A DNA stretch of 64,000 nucleotides from Coriobacteriia bacterium (GCA_015655215.1 JAATFL010000012.1:140922-204921); one strand, 5' to 3'; positions 9,419 to 18,411 are shown, counted from the stretch's first letter. The notes: a model not told the origin generated them from the sequence alone. Translations and numbers: made by a program.

Positions 9419-10015
9419 CTACTCCGCGTCGCTCCGGGGATCTGTGTCGGAAAGTCGATCGACAAGGCTCGCGAGTATCTTCTCCATCGACGTGGAGAAC
9501 TGCACCTTCTCGTCCTCGGAGAGTACCGAGAAGATCGACGCCGCCGCCTTCTTGCGGTCCTCGGCGACCCTGCGCGCACGTTGGAGGCCGGCTTCGGTGA
9601 GGTGGACGTTGACGATGCGCTTGTCGTCTGAGCCGTGTCTGCGCTCGATCAGCTTGGACTCCTCTAGCTTGTCGAGGGCTTCGGAGAGCGACTGGGGACG
9701 GATTCCCAGGAGATAGGCGAGGTCCTTCTGGCTTGTGCCGTCTCCCATCGCCAGGATGGCCAGTATGCGGTTCTGGCCATGACGGCCCGACCCGCCATGG
9801 CACGTGTGGTTGCCGTAGCCATGCATGGCATCCGGATCGTCGAAGGCGACTGTATCGCGGCCATCGTGATGACCCTTGTGCCCATGACCGCATCTGCGCT
9901 CCGAGGACCTCTCGGGCTCGTCGACCCTGTTCTTGACACGAGCGCGTCGACTGCGGCGCATGAGGATGCTCGCACGTTGGAGCTGTTGCATGAGTTCTTC
10001 GTCGTCGACCGTCAT
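9419..10015 (-). CDS. MarR-family transcriptional regulator with a His/Cys/Gly-rich insertion
   Basis: The winged-HTH core ILAILAMGDGTSQKDLAYLLGIRPQSLSEALDKLEESKLIERRHGSDDKRIVNVHLTEAG is MarR-like. I prefer ATG at 10015 (GGGAGA RBS 5 nt upstream) over ATG at 10051, which lies inside the palindrome. Confidence 0.85.
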   Translation of the reverse strand: MTVDDEELMQQLQRASILMRRSRRARVKNRVDEPERSSERRCGHGHKGHHDGRDTVAFDDPDAMHGYGNHTCHGGSGRHGQNRILAILAMGDGTSQKDLAYLLGIRPQSLSEALDKLEESKLIERRHGSDDKRIVNVHLTEAGLQRARRVAEDRKKAAASIFSVLSEDEKVQFSTSMEKILASLVDRLSDTDPRSDAE

Positions 10016-10043
10016 GGTATCTCCCGTTCCGATGATCGTCAGA

Positions 10044-10071
10044 ATATTCATTCAGGTACCTGAATGAATAT
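10044..10071 (-). promoter_or_regulatory. perfect 28-bp palindrome, putative MarR operator overlapping the promoter
   Basis: ATATTCATTCAGGTACCTGAATGAATAT is perfectly self-complementary and sits 29 nt upstream of the MarR start in an AT-rich patch. On the - strand it contains TTCATT-16nt-TATTCT, which resembles -35/-10 hexamers. Confidence 0.5.
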
Positions 10072-10217
10072 AGCACCATCCCGTTCCGGCATACATCATA
10101 AAGTCAGGAACCTGATTTGTTTCATCCTGACGTGGAGGAAGTGCCGGTGAGCGGTTTGCGGGTTATGGTGAGGATGGGGAGTGCCCGGCGCGCATGGTCA
10201 CGTGCTGGCAACAAAAG

Positions 10218-10243
10218 AAGACGGCCACGCATGCGGCCGTCTT
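10218..10243 (-). terminator. rho-independent terminator downstream of rpmB
   Basis: AAGACGGCC (10218-10226) pairs with GGCCGTCTT (10235-10243). On the - strand the hairpin is followed by a T-rich run (CTTCTTTTGTTG). Confidence 0.6.
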
Positions 10244-10275
10244 TCACGTGCACGTTGCCGACCGAAGAGGTGGAG

Positions 10276-10464
10276 CTATCCGCGCTCGATCTTGCCCGAG
10301 CGAATGCACCCGGTGCAGACGTTGGCCCTCTTGGAGATGCCGTTCACCTTGATGGTGATGCGCTGCACGTTGGGGCGGAAGACGCGGTTCGTGACACGGT
10401 GCGAGTGGCTGATGCTGCGACCGGCGGCGGGATGCTTCCCGCAGATTGAGCAGACTTTCGACAT
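10276..10464 (-). CDS. rpmB: 50S ribosomal protein L28 (Cys-containing, zinc-ribbon form)
   Basis: MSKVCSICGKHPAAGRSISHSHRVTNRVFRPNVQ...CTGCIRSGK, 62 aa. Confidence 0.95.
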   Translation of the reverse strand: MSKVCSICGKHPAAGRSISHSHRVTNRVFRPNVQRITIKVNGISKRANVCTGCIRSGKIERG

Positions 10465-10854
10465 GTGAATCGACTCCCTTGCGAACTTGGAACGGCATTG
10501 ACGCGCCGGTTCATTACGTTTCCTCGGCTTCAGATCGCGATTGCCCGCCTGCCATCGACACCTTCGAGCAAAGCCTTCGTAAGATACCACAGACCACCCC
10601 TGCAATTCAACGGAGCGATGTCCGATGCCCACCTGCGGCGGTCAGCGGTTACCCGTACCCGCTTCGCATGCGCGTCGTCGTTCGCGCACGGCTGCGCGCA
10701 AAGGGCCATTCGGCCCGTTAGCCCACTGCCAGGGCACGGACATGCACCTATACTGATGAGACCCGATGGCGGTTCGGACACGTCTGACGCGAGTCATCGG
10801 GTCCTTGGGAGGCTGAGGGGACGGTTCACATGCTGCAGACTGGATGGTGAGGCC

Positions 10855-12594
10855 ATGGACGACCACACGGTAGATGCGCTTGGCGACGATGGGGTACGTG
10901 ACATCCGTGCGGCGATGCAACGGCAGCTCCTGTTCTTTGACGGTGGCACCGGGTCGCTCCTCCAGCAGCAGGGCCTCAGGCCCCCCGAGCGTAGCGAGAC
11001 GTGGAACGTGAGTCACCCCGAGGCCATCATCGCAGTGCACTACGGCTACTATCTCGCGGGTGCCAACATCATCACGACCAACACCTTCGGTGCCAACGGG
11101 CTCAGCTACCCTCCGCTGGCTTCAGGTGCGGCGGACTCCGGTCTCACGGTCGAACGTGTGGTCAAGGCCGGCGTCGCCTGCGCCAACGAGGCGCGACGCC
11201 GCATCGAGAGGGATCCATTGCCGCAGGCGGCAGATGCGCGGTCATCCTCGCGCCCCCCTATCCCGGAGGGGATATCCCCGGCGGCGCGTCCCCATTTCAT
11301 CGCGCTCGACCTGGGTCCCACGGGAAAACTCCTCGAACCGTTTGGAGACCTGGGCTTTGAGGAAGCGGTGGCCCTGTACGCACGGGTGGTGCGCGCGGGG
11401 TGCGATGGGGTCGATGCGATCATCATCGAGACGATGGGTGATAGCTACGAGACGAAGGCCGCCGTGATGGCGGCGAAGGAGAACGCCTGTCTGCCCATCT
11501 TCGTGACCAACGTCTACAGCGAGACGGGCAGACTTCTCACCGGCGGCGACGTCAAGGCGATGGTGGCCTTGCTCGAAGGTCTCGGCGTGGATGCCTACGG
11601 CATGAACTGCGGTCTCGGCCCGTTGCAGATGGAGCGCGCCGCGCCCACCCTTATCGAGGTCTCCTCGAGACCCGTCATCCTCAATCCCAACGCCGGTCTA
11701 CCCCACACGGAGGGTGGTGCTGCCCTCTATGACATAGATCCCGACGAGTTCGCCGCATCGGTGGCGCGACTCGTCGGGGACGGTGCCAACCTCGTGGGAG
11801 GGTGTTGCGGCACCACGCCCGCGTACATCTGCGAGCTGGTGAACCTCTGCCAGGGCCTGCGCCCCACCCCCGTGACCGACAAGGGCCTTGCCCTCGTCTC
11901 CTCGGGCACGCATGCGGTGCAGCTCGGAGGGGGGATGCTGCGCGTGCCACCTGCGCCCGGTGACTCCGAGGCGCTCTCGCCTGCAGCCGTGGACCGCACG
12001 GATCAGGACATCGAACCCGTCGTCATAGGGTGCCGCATCGACCCCGAAGGCAACCCCGAGGTGGCGCAGGCGCTGCTCGACGGAGACATCGACCGCCTCG
12101 TCGACGAGGCGTTGGACCAGAGGGACGACGGCGTCGACGTGCTCGCCGTCGACGTGGGCCTGCCGGGGGTCGACGAGCCCGCGGTGATGGTCGAGGTTCT
12201 CGAGGCCATCAGGGAGGTGTGTGACCTGCCCCTGCTGATCGAGACCGGCAGCCTCGATGCCCTCGAGGCTGCGTTGCGCATCTGCAATGGCAAGCCGCTG
12301 GTGCGCTTCGGCGATGCGGGCTATGACGCGGTGGTGGCCGCGCTTCCTCTCGTCCGCAGGTATGGGGGCGTCGTCGTCGCGGTCGCGCCCGACGGCGAGG
12401 GCGCTTCGCTCGCGGTCGCGCCCGACGGCGAGGGCGCTTCGCTCGCGGTCGCGCCCGACGGCGAGGGCGCTTCGCTCGCGGCAGATGCGCCGGGCACCTT
12501 CGCCGAGAGGGTCTACGCCGAGGCGGTACGCCTCGGCGTAGAGCGCAAGGACATCGTGTTCGACGCCCCGCACGGACGGGTCGCCTCGCGCTGA
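10855..12594 (+). CDS. MetH-like protein: homocysteine S-methyltransferase domain plus a truncated pterin-binding-like domain (possible gene remnant)
   Basis: The Hcy domain is recognisable (LLFFDGGTGSLL, ITTNTFGAN) with its Zn-ligand Cys residues (GMNCGLGP, GGCCGTTP). Pterin-binding-like strands follow (VIGCRIDPEG, PLLIETGS, VVVAVAPDGEG, DIVFDAP). The ORF stops before the expected final third of the barrel, and there is no B12-binding domain. ATG at 10855 follows GGTGAGG; in-frame ATG at 10756 is the alternative. Confidence 0.8.
   Translation: MDDHTVDALGDDGVRDIRAAMQRQLLFFDGGTGSLLQQQGLRPPERSETWNVSHPEAIIAVHYGYYLAGANIITTNTFGANGLSYPPLASGAADSGLTVERVVKAGVACANEARRRIERDPLPQAADARSSSRPPIPEGISPAARPHFIALDLGPTGKLLEPFGDLGFEEAVALYARVVRAGCDGVDAIIIETMGDSYETKAAVMAAKENACLPIFVTNVYSETGRLLTGGDVKAMVALLEGLGVDAYGMNCGLGPLQMERAAPTLIEVSSRPVILNPNAGLPHTEGGAALYDIDPDEFAASVARLVGDGANLVGGCCGTTPAYICELVNLCQGLRPTPVTDKGLALVSSGTHAVQLGGGMLRVPPAPGDSEALSPAAVDRTDQDIEPVVIGCRIDPEGNPEVAQALLDGDIDRLVDEALDQRDDGVDVLAVDVGLPGVDEPAVMVEVLEAIREVCDLPLLIETGSLDALEAALRICNGKPLVRFGDAGYDAVVAALPLVRRYGGVVVAVAPDGEGASLAVAPDGEGASLAVAPDGEGASLAADAPGTFAERVYAEAVRLGVERKDIVFDAPHGRVASR
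12379..12477 (+). repeat. perfect 3 x 33-bp in-frame tandem repeat (AVAPDGEGASL x3)
   Basis: The unit GCGGTCGCGCCCGACGGCGAGGGCGCTTCGCTC occupies 12379-12411, 12412-12444 and 12445-12477 with no mismatch. The next 4 nt (GCGG) repeat the start of the unit. Confidence 0.95.
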
Positions 12595-12802
12595 CGCCGT
12601 GTCGTGTCGGATGCCATCGGCTTGCCCGTCGCCGCCGCGCGATACGTGACGGCATCTCTCGCGACAAACGGGGGAGGGAACACTATACTGTCGTGCATGT
12701 TCCATAACCGACCCTGCCCTCTCCAGGAGGCGACAGGGTACCTGCAACGCCTGGTCGCATGGCAGCGGTTGCATGTCCCATATCCCCGAAGGAGGGAAGC
12801 AC

Positions 12803-13150
12803 ATGTCTGAAACGGTTCCCGGCGCCCTGAGCATCTCCAACGAGGTCATCGCCGACCTTGCCGGATATGCCGCGCTTGAGAGCTATGGCGTCGTCGGCAT
12901 GGCCGCACCCACGCTCACGGATGGCATCGCGAAGCTGTTGCCCGCCGCGCGCCTGCGCCGTGGCATCATCGTCGAATCGACGGACGAGGGCGTTCGCATA
13001 GACCTCTACGTCATCATCGAGAACGGAACGAATCTCTCGACGGTCTCTCACAACCTCGCGGATGGCGTCCGGTTCGTGCTCACCGACCTCGCACAGGTCG
13101 ATATCGCTTCAATAGAGGTCCACGTCCAGGGCATCCGCGGTCGCGCCTAG
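12803..13150 (+). CDS. yloU: Asp23/Gls24-family envelope stress protein
   Basis: GAAGGAGGGAAG RBS. ISNEVIADLAGYAALESYGVVGM is the Asp23 N-terminal signature. It lies upstream of the DAK2 gene, as with yloU-yloV. Confidence 0.85.
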   Translation: MSETVPGALSISNEVIADLAGYAALESYGVVGMAAPTLTDGIAKLLPAARLRRGIIVESTDEGVRIDLYVIIENGTNLSTVSHNLADGVRFVLTDLAQVDIASIEVHVQGIRGRA

Positions 13151-13180
13151 CCTTTCCCTATCTTTCGGAGCCTAATAACG

Positions 13181-14860
13181 ATGTCATCTTTCTACATCAG
13201 CTGTATCGCCGCGGCCTCAACGGCTCTCTCGGCGCGCAAGGAGGAAGTCAATCGCCTCAACGTGTTTCCCGTTCCCGATGGCGATACGGGTACCAACATG
13301 TCCCTCACCATGGAGACGGTGGTCAAGGAGCTCGACGCCCTGCCCGATGACGCGGGCCTCGCCATGATCGGCAAGACGGTCACGCACGGTTCGCTCATGG
13401 GCGCCCGCGGCAACTCGGGCGTCATCACGAGCCAGATACTCCGTGGTCTGTGCGAGGGGCTCGCGGGTGCCGAGGTCTTCGACGCCGCCCTCATCGACAA
13501 GGCAATGCGCCGCAGCGTCGAGGTGGCCTTCAAGGCGGTGCGGAAACCCGTCGAGGGCACGATACTCACCGTCCTTCGCGACACCGCCGATGCCGCGACC
13601 AAGGCCGCCAAGGAGGGCTTGTCCCGCGACGAGGCGCTCAGCGCCCTCTCGACCGAGGCGTTCGCCTCCGTCAGGCGCACCCCCGAGCTGCTTCCCGTGC
13701 TCAAGGAGAACGGCGTCGTGGATTCGGGGGCCTTTGGTCTCGCCATCCTCATCGAGGCCTTCTCGTCGGCTGTCATGGGCACCGATGGGTCCGTCCCCGA
13801 CTCCTCGACCCTCATCCGCGCGCATGCCTCCGAAGGCGCGGGTCCCAAGGTCGCCATCGAGCAGGTCGACGACTGGGCTGGTAGCAAGTTCTTGTACTGC
13901 ACGGAGTTCCTGCTTCGCTCCGACGGGATAGACAAGGACGCGACGATCGAGTTCCTCGGCTCGATGGGCGACTGCGAGCTCATCGTTGGCGAGGAGCCCG
14001 ATTACAAGGTGCACGTGCATACCAACGAGCCGGGTGCGGTTCTCACCTACATGACCGACCGCGGACAGGTCTCCGAGGTGTTCATCCACAACATGAGACT
14101 GCAGAGCGACGAGCGCACCGCCGCCGTCGCGGCCGACGCCAGCGCCTCGGCCACCACCACCGACGCCGGTGGCGCCTCGCAGGCTCCGGTCGCCCCGGCG
14201 AAGGAGATCGGCATCGTGGCCGTGGCCTCTGGCGTCGGCAACGAGAGGATCCTCGCCTCGCTCGGCGTCGACGCGGTCGTGTCCGGTGGGCAGACGATGA
14301 ATCCCTCGACGGCCGACCTGCTCGCCGCGGCGGAGAGCGTCAACGCCAAGTCGATCGTGCTGCTCCCTGATAACAAGAACATCATCATGGCCGCCAACGC
14401 CGCCGCCGACGTTTCCGAGAAGCCGCTGGCAGTGGTACCCACCAAGAGCGTCACCGCTGCGTTCGCGGCGCTCTTCGCCTTCGATCCCGAGGCGAGTCTC
14501 GATGACAACGTGGCGGCGATGACCGAGGCCGCCGACGCCGTGCGCACCGGCGAGGTCACCCACGCCATCAAGCGCGCCAAGGCCTCCGACGGCACCGATA
14601 TCGACGAGGGTGACATCATCGGCATCGCCAACGACTCGCTCGACGTGGTGGGGTCGTCGATTTCCGACGTCACGCTCGAGCTCATCTCCCGTCTTGCGGA
14701 CGAGGACACCGACACCCTTACGATCCTTGCAGGTTGCGATCTCACCGAGGAGGACTTCGCGAGCCTCACCGATTCCATCGCAGAGCGCTTCCCCGACCTT
14801 GAGATCGACGCGCACCGGGGTGACCAGCCCGTCTATCCCGTCATCTTCTCCGTCGAGTAG
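13181..14860 (+). CDS. yloV: DAK2-domain protein, YloV/FakA family (fatty-acid kinase ATP-binding subunit-like)
   Basis: The motif LNVFPVPDGDTGTNM (DhaL/DAK2), a length of 559 aa, and synteny Asp23-DAK2-recG. Confidence 0.9.
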   Translation: MSSFYISCIAAASTALSARKEEVNRLNVFPVPDGDTGTNMSLTMETVVKELDALPDDAGLAMIGKTVTHGSLMGARGNSGVITSQILRGLCEGLAGAEVFDAALIDKAMRRSVEVAFKAVRKPVEGTILTVLRDTADAATKAAKEGLSRDEALSALSTEAFASVRRTPELLPVLKENGVVDSGAFGLAILIEAFSSAVMGTDGSVPDSSTLIRAHASEGAGPKVAIEQVDDWAGSKFLYCTEFLLRSDGIDKDATIEFLGSMGDCELIVGEEPDYKVHVHTNEPGAVLTYMTDRGQVSEVFIHNMRLQSDERTAAVAADASASATTTDAGGASQAPVAPAKEIGIVAVASGVGNERILASLGVDAVVSGGQTMNPSTADLLAAAESVNAKSIVLLPDNKNIIMAANAAADVSEKPLAVVPTKSVTAAFAALFAFDPEASLDDNVAAMTEAADAVRTGEVTHAIKRAKASDGTDIDEGDIIGIANDSLDVVGSSISDVTLELISRLADEDTDTLTILAGCDLTEEDFASLTDSIAERFPDLEIDAHRGDQPVYPVIFSVE

Positions 14861-14872
14861 GGGCGGGGCACC

Positions 14873-17083
14873 ATGGCACAGCGGATGGCCATGGACCGTG
14901 TGGCGGCGACCTACTTCCTCGAAGCGCCGGTCACCACGGCGCGTTTCGTCGATGCATCGAGGGCGCGGCTTCTCGCCAAGCTCGGCATCGAGACGGTGGG
15001 TGACCTGCTCGCCACCTATCCTCGTCGCTACCTGGACATGTCCACGGTGACCACGGTCGCCACGGCTCCCATCGGCGAGACGGTCACCGTGGTGGGGGTG
15101 CTCGACCAGGTCTCCCTCAAGCGTCCCAAGCCGCGTGTGCAGCTCGTCGAGGCGGCCCTCGTGGACGAGACCGGCGTGATGATGGCGGTATGGTTCTCAC
15201 AGCCGTGGATGGCGCGCAAGCTGGTTCGTGGGATGCGCGTCGCACTTTCGGGCAAGGTCGCCTTCTCCTACGGATACAAGCAGATGAGCTCGCCGTTCGT
15301 CGACGTGCTGTCGACGCCGGGGGAGGAGACCCCCCATCGCGTCTCGGTCGCATCCACCGGCCTCATCATCCCCATCCATCCCGGCACCGAGGGCCTCTCG
15401 GCGAACTGGATGCGTCGGCTCATCTCCTCCGCGCTTGCCGATTCCAGTGGCGTGCTCGACTGCCTTCCGGAGGATCTGCGCCGCCGTCACGGGCTCATGT
15501 CGCTGGGTGCGGCGCTGCGGCAGATCCACTTCCCCCAGTCGATGGACGAACGTTCCCAGGCGCGTCGTCGTCTGGCCTACCAGGAGATACTCGAACTGCA
15601 GCTCCATCTCATGCTCCGTCGCCGGGCGTCCGAGAGGGACACCGTCCCCACGGCCCACCTCGTCGACGGGCCACACCTCGCCGCCTTGCGAGCGGCGCTC
15701 CCCTTCACGCTCACGGGGGAGCAGGACGAGGCCCTGGGTGCGATCCTCGGGGAGATGGCGGAGCCTCGCTGCATGCAGCACCTGCTTCTGGGTGACGTGG
15801 GAACCGGCAAGACGGTCCTCGCCGCCCATGCCCTCGCCGCCGCCGTCGATTCCGGGAACCAGGCCGTGATGATGGCCCCCACCGGGGTGCTCGCATCGCA
15901 GTACGGTCTCAAGGTCGGTCCGCTCCTCGATGCGGCGGATATCCCCTGGGCGCTTCTCACGGGATCGACCTCGGTCACGCAGCGGGCGGACATCCTCGCG
16001 CGGCTCTCCTCCGGCGAGTTGCGCGTTCTCTTCGGCACGCACGCGCTGCTCGAACCCGATGTCGTCTTCGACCACCTCACGCTCGTCGTGATCGACGAGC
16101 AGCATCGCTTCGGGGTGGAGCAGCGCTCGGCCCTTCTCGCCAAGGGACCGGGTGCCGACATGCTCGCCATGACCGCGACGCCCATCCCCCGCTCGCTCGC
16201 GCTCATGCTCTACGGCGACCTCACCTGCAGCGCCCTGCACACGCGACCACGTGCGGGCGCGCACGTGGTCACCAAGCTGCTCACCAAGCGCGACACCGAT
16301 CGTGCCAAGGCATATGACGCGGTGCGGGATGCCGTGGAGCAGGGCCATCAGGCCTACATCGTCTGCCCGCTCGTGGGGGTTCCCGCGAAGCGGCGCCAGG
16401 CAAGCTACGAGGACTCGCCGGGCGATGCGCTCCAGGTGCTCGACGACCTCGACTCGGGTATCGACATCTCCGATGCGAAGGCGGCGCAGCAGCAAGCCGC
16501 GTTCCTCGCTCGCGACGTGTTCCCCCATCAGCGCGTCGCTCTCCTCACCGGGCGCATGCGCCCCGCCGAGAAGGACGAGGTGATGGGTCGATTCGCCGCC
16601 GGGGAGGTGGACATCCTCGTCTCCACCACGGTGGTCGAGGTGGGTATGGACGTCCCCAACGCGACGGTCATGATCGTGGAGGACGCCGAGCTCTTCGGCC
16701 TCTCGCAACTTCACCAGCTGCGTGGCCGGGTGGGTCGTGGCGCCCATGACGGGGAGGTGTTCCTCCTCGCGAGCGCCAAGACCGACGAGGGTCGGGAGCG
16801 CCTTGGGGCGCTCGCTTCGACCGAGGACGGCTTCGAGCTGGCCGAGAGGGACCTGGCCACGCGCCGTGAAGGTGACATCCTCGGCGTACGCCAGCACGGG
16901 GCCGCCGTGCTGAGGCTGGTGGACGTCTCCCGTGACGCCGGGCTCATCGAGGCCGCCCATGGCGACGCGGTCGCCCTGCTCGCCGCCGATCCCGACCTTG
17001 CATCGGAGCGTCTGGCCCCACTTGCCCACGAGGTGGCCGTGACCTTCGCCCGGCTCTCCGATGAGACCGTAGAGGGGGGATAG
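14873..17083 (+). CDS. recG: ATP-dependent DNA helicase RecG
   Basis: LTGEQDEAL, Walker A GDVGTGKT, DEQHRFGV, and the TATPIPRSL, VSTTVVEVGMDVPNA and QLRGRVGRG helicase motifs. Confidence 0.95.
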   Translation: MAQRMAMDRVAATYFLEAPVTTARFVDASRARLLAKLGIETVGDLLATYPRRYLDMSTVTTVATAPIGETVTVVGVLDQVSLKRPKPRVQLVEAALVDETGVMMAVWFSQPWMARKLVRGMRVALSGKVAFSYGYKQMSSPFVDVLSTPGEETPHRVSVASTGLIIPIHPGTEGLSANWMRRLISSALADSSGVLDCLPEDLRRRHGLMSLGAALRQIHFPQSMDERSQARRRLAYQEILELQLHLMLRRRASERDTVPTAHLVDGPHLAALRAALPFTLTGEQDEALGAILGEMAEPRCMQHLLLGDVGTGKTVLAAHALAAAVDSGNQAVMMAPTGVLASQYGLKVGPLLDAADIPWALLTGSTSVTQRADILARLSSGELRVLFGTHALLEPDVVFDHLTLVVIDEQHRFGVEQRSALLAKGPGADMLAMTATPIPRSLALMLYGDLTCSALHTRPRAGAHVVTKLLTKRDTDRAKAYDAVRDAVEQGHQAYIVCPLVGVPAKRRQASYEDSPGDALQVLDDLDSGIDISDAKAAQQQAAFLARDVFPHQRVALLTGRMRPAEKDEVMGRFAAGEVDILVSTTVVEVGMDVPNATVMIVEDAELFGLSQLHQLRGRVGRGAHDGEVFLLASAKTDEGRERLGALASTEDGFELAERDLATRREGDILGVRQHGAAVLRLVDVSRDAGLIEAAHGDAVALLAADPDLASERLAPLAHEVAVTFARLSDETVEGG

Positions 17084-17086
17084 GGG

Positions 17087-17695
17087 ATGGGGTTGCGCAT
17101 CATCGCAGGCGCCTGGCGCGGGCGGACGCTCGTGACATCCAAGGGTCGGGACACCCGTCCCACCGTCGATCGCGTGCGCGAGGCGGTGATGAGTTCGGTC
17201 ACCTCCGCCATGGGCGGTGCCATCGAGGGGTTCGTGCTCGATGCGTTCGCCGGTTCGGGTGCCCTGGGCCTCGAGGCCCTTTCGCGAGGTGCCGCCGCCT
17301 GCGTCTTCTACGAGCGCGACCGCCTCGCCGCCGATGCGGTGCGCCGCAACATCGCTGCACTGGGCATCCCACGACAGGAGGCTCGGCTGTACCAGACCGA
17401 CTGCCTCGTCGCCGCACGACGCGGCCGACTGGGAGACGGTCCCTTCTCACTCGTGCTCCTCGACCCACCCTACGACCTGCCGTCCTCCGAGGTCATGTCC
17501 TTCCTCGAACAACTCGCCCGGGCCGGTCGCCTCGCACGTCCCTGCACCATCGTCTACGAGCACCGTGCCGGTGACTTCTCGGGTGGGTCCGGTGCGCCTG
17601 CCCAGCTGGATGGCCGGGTGCTCGCACCGTATGCGGAGAAGACCTATGGCATCGTGGGGGTCACCATACTCGCACTCAAGGGGCCGCTTGCGTGA
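17087..17695 (+). CDS. rsmD: 16S rRNA (guanine966-N2)-methyltransferase RsmD
   Basis: LRIIAGAWRGRTL...TRPTVDRVREAV, DAFAGSGALGLEALSRGA and LDPPY motifs. Confidence 0.9.
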   Translation: MGLRIIAGAWRGRTLVTSKGRDTRPTVDRVREAVMSSVTSAMGGAIEGFVLDAFAGSGALGLEALSRGAAACVFYERDRLAADAVRRNIAALGIPRQEARLYQTDCLVAARRGRLGDGPFSLVLLDPPYDLPSSEVMSFLEQLARAGRLARPCTIVYEHRAGDFSGGSGAPAQLDGRVLAPYAEKTYGIVGVTILALKGPLA

Positions 17696-17925
17696 GGTGG
17701 CGCGAGGCGTCGTCTTCGGGGGCGCTCTTTCGCTCGGACCGTCCCCTCGAGGCGTCGACGCATCGGGTGGAAGGGCGGCCGCCATCGCGGGTGACGTCCA
17801 TTCGGGCAAGGTGAACCGTCCGCGCGTTGACGAATCTTCCGTAGCATGGCGTTTGCCGTGTGATGAACGATATGATGGTCGGCGCTTCATGCACGGTGAT
17901 AGCTGGCGAGGAGAAGGGTGCTCTC

Positions 17926-18411
17926 ATGCGCAGGGCCTTGGTCCCAGGGACGTTCGATCCGATCACAGCTGGCCATCTCGACGTGATAACACGGGCGTCC
18001 CAGCTGTTCGACGAGGTGATCGTCGGCGTGGCCGCATCGCGTTCGAAGCATCCGGATGGTACGATGTTCACGCTCGAGGAGCGAGTCGGGTTCGTCGAGG
18101 AATCCGTGCGCGGGATCGCGAACGTCTTGGTGCGACCCTTCGATAACCTGCTCGTCACCTTCGCCGACGAACTGGGTGCGCGCGTCTGCGTCAAGGGGCT
18201 GCGCGCCGTGACCGACTTCGAGTACGAGTTCCAGATGGCGGCGCTCAACTACCGCCTTGCCCCGCAGATCGAGACCGTCTTCATCATGTCGACGCCCGAC
18301 CACATGTACCTCTCGTCGTCGATCGTGAAGGAGATGGCGTTCATGGGCGGCGATATCCATGGTCTGGTACCATCGTGCGTCGAGAAGGCGCTGCACGACC
18401 GTGTTTCTTGA
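17926..18411 (+). CDS. coaD: phosphopantetheine adenylyltransferase
   Basis: ALVPGTFDPITAGHLDVI (T/HxGH) and SSSIVKE motifs. ATG at 17926 follows GAGGAGAAGGG. The upstream part of ORF 17860 is unlikely to be coding. Confidence 0.9.
   Translation: MRRALVPGTFDPITAGHLDVITRASQLFDEVIVGVAASRSKHPDGTMFTLEERVGFVEESVRGIANVLVRPFDNLLVTFADELGARVCVKGLRAVTDFEYEFQMAALNYRLAPQIETVFIMSTPDHMYLSSSIVKEMAFMGGDIHGLVPSCVEKALHDRVS

Noticed and set aside
10016-10051. An upstream in-frame ATG (10051) that would extend MarR by 12 codons.
   Set aside because: This ATG lies inside the 28-bp palindrome and has no RBS. The ATG at 10015 has GGGAGA 5 nt upstream.
10465-10854. A roughly 390-nt untranslated stretch upstream of the MetH-like gene. 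It contains a 9-bp stem (10760-10768 / 10795-10803) just after a TATACT hexamer, and I considered it as a SAM riboswitch (SAM-I, SAM-IV or SAM-VI).
   Set aside because: I could not find the conserved cores I remember (GAGGGA...GGCCC...GCAACC for SAM-I/IV). Part of the region must also hold the divergent rpmB promoter. The question stays open until cmscan against Rfam is run, so I do not call it.
12604-12810. A 68-aa ORF directly after the MetH-like stop, tested as a frameshifted continuation of the pterin-binding domain.
   Set aside because: The translation (MSDAIGLPVAAARYVTASLATNGGGNTILS...) lacks the expected GxSNxSFG or later barrel motifs, and it runs into the Asp23 gene's RBS and start.
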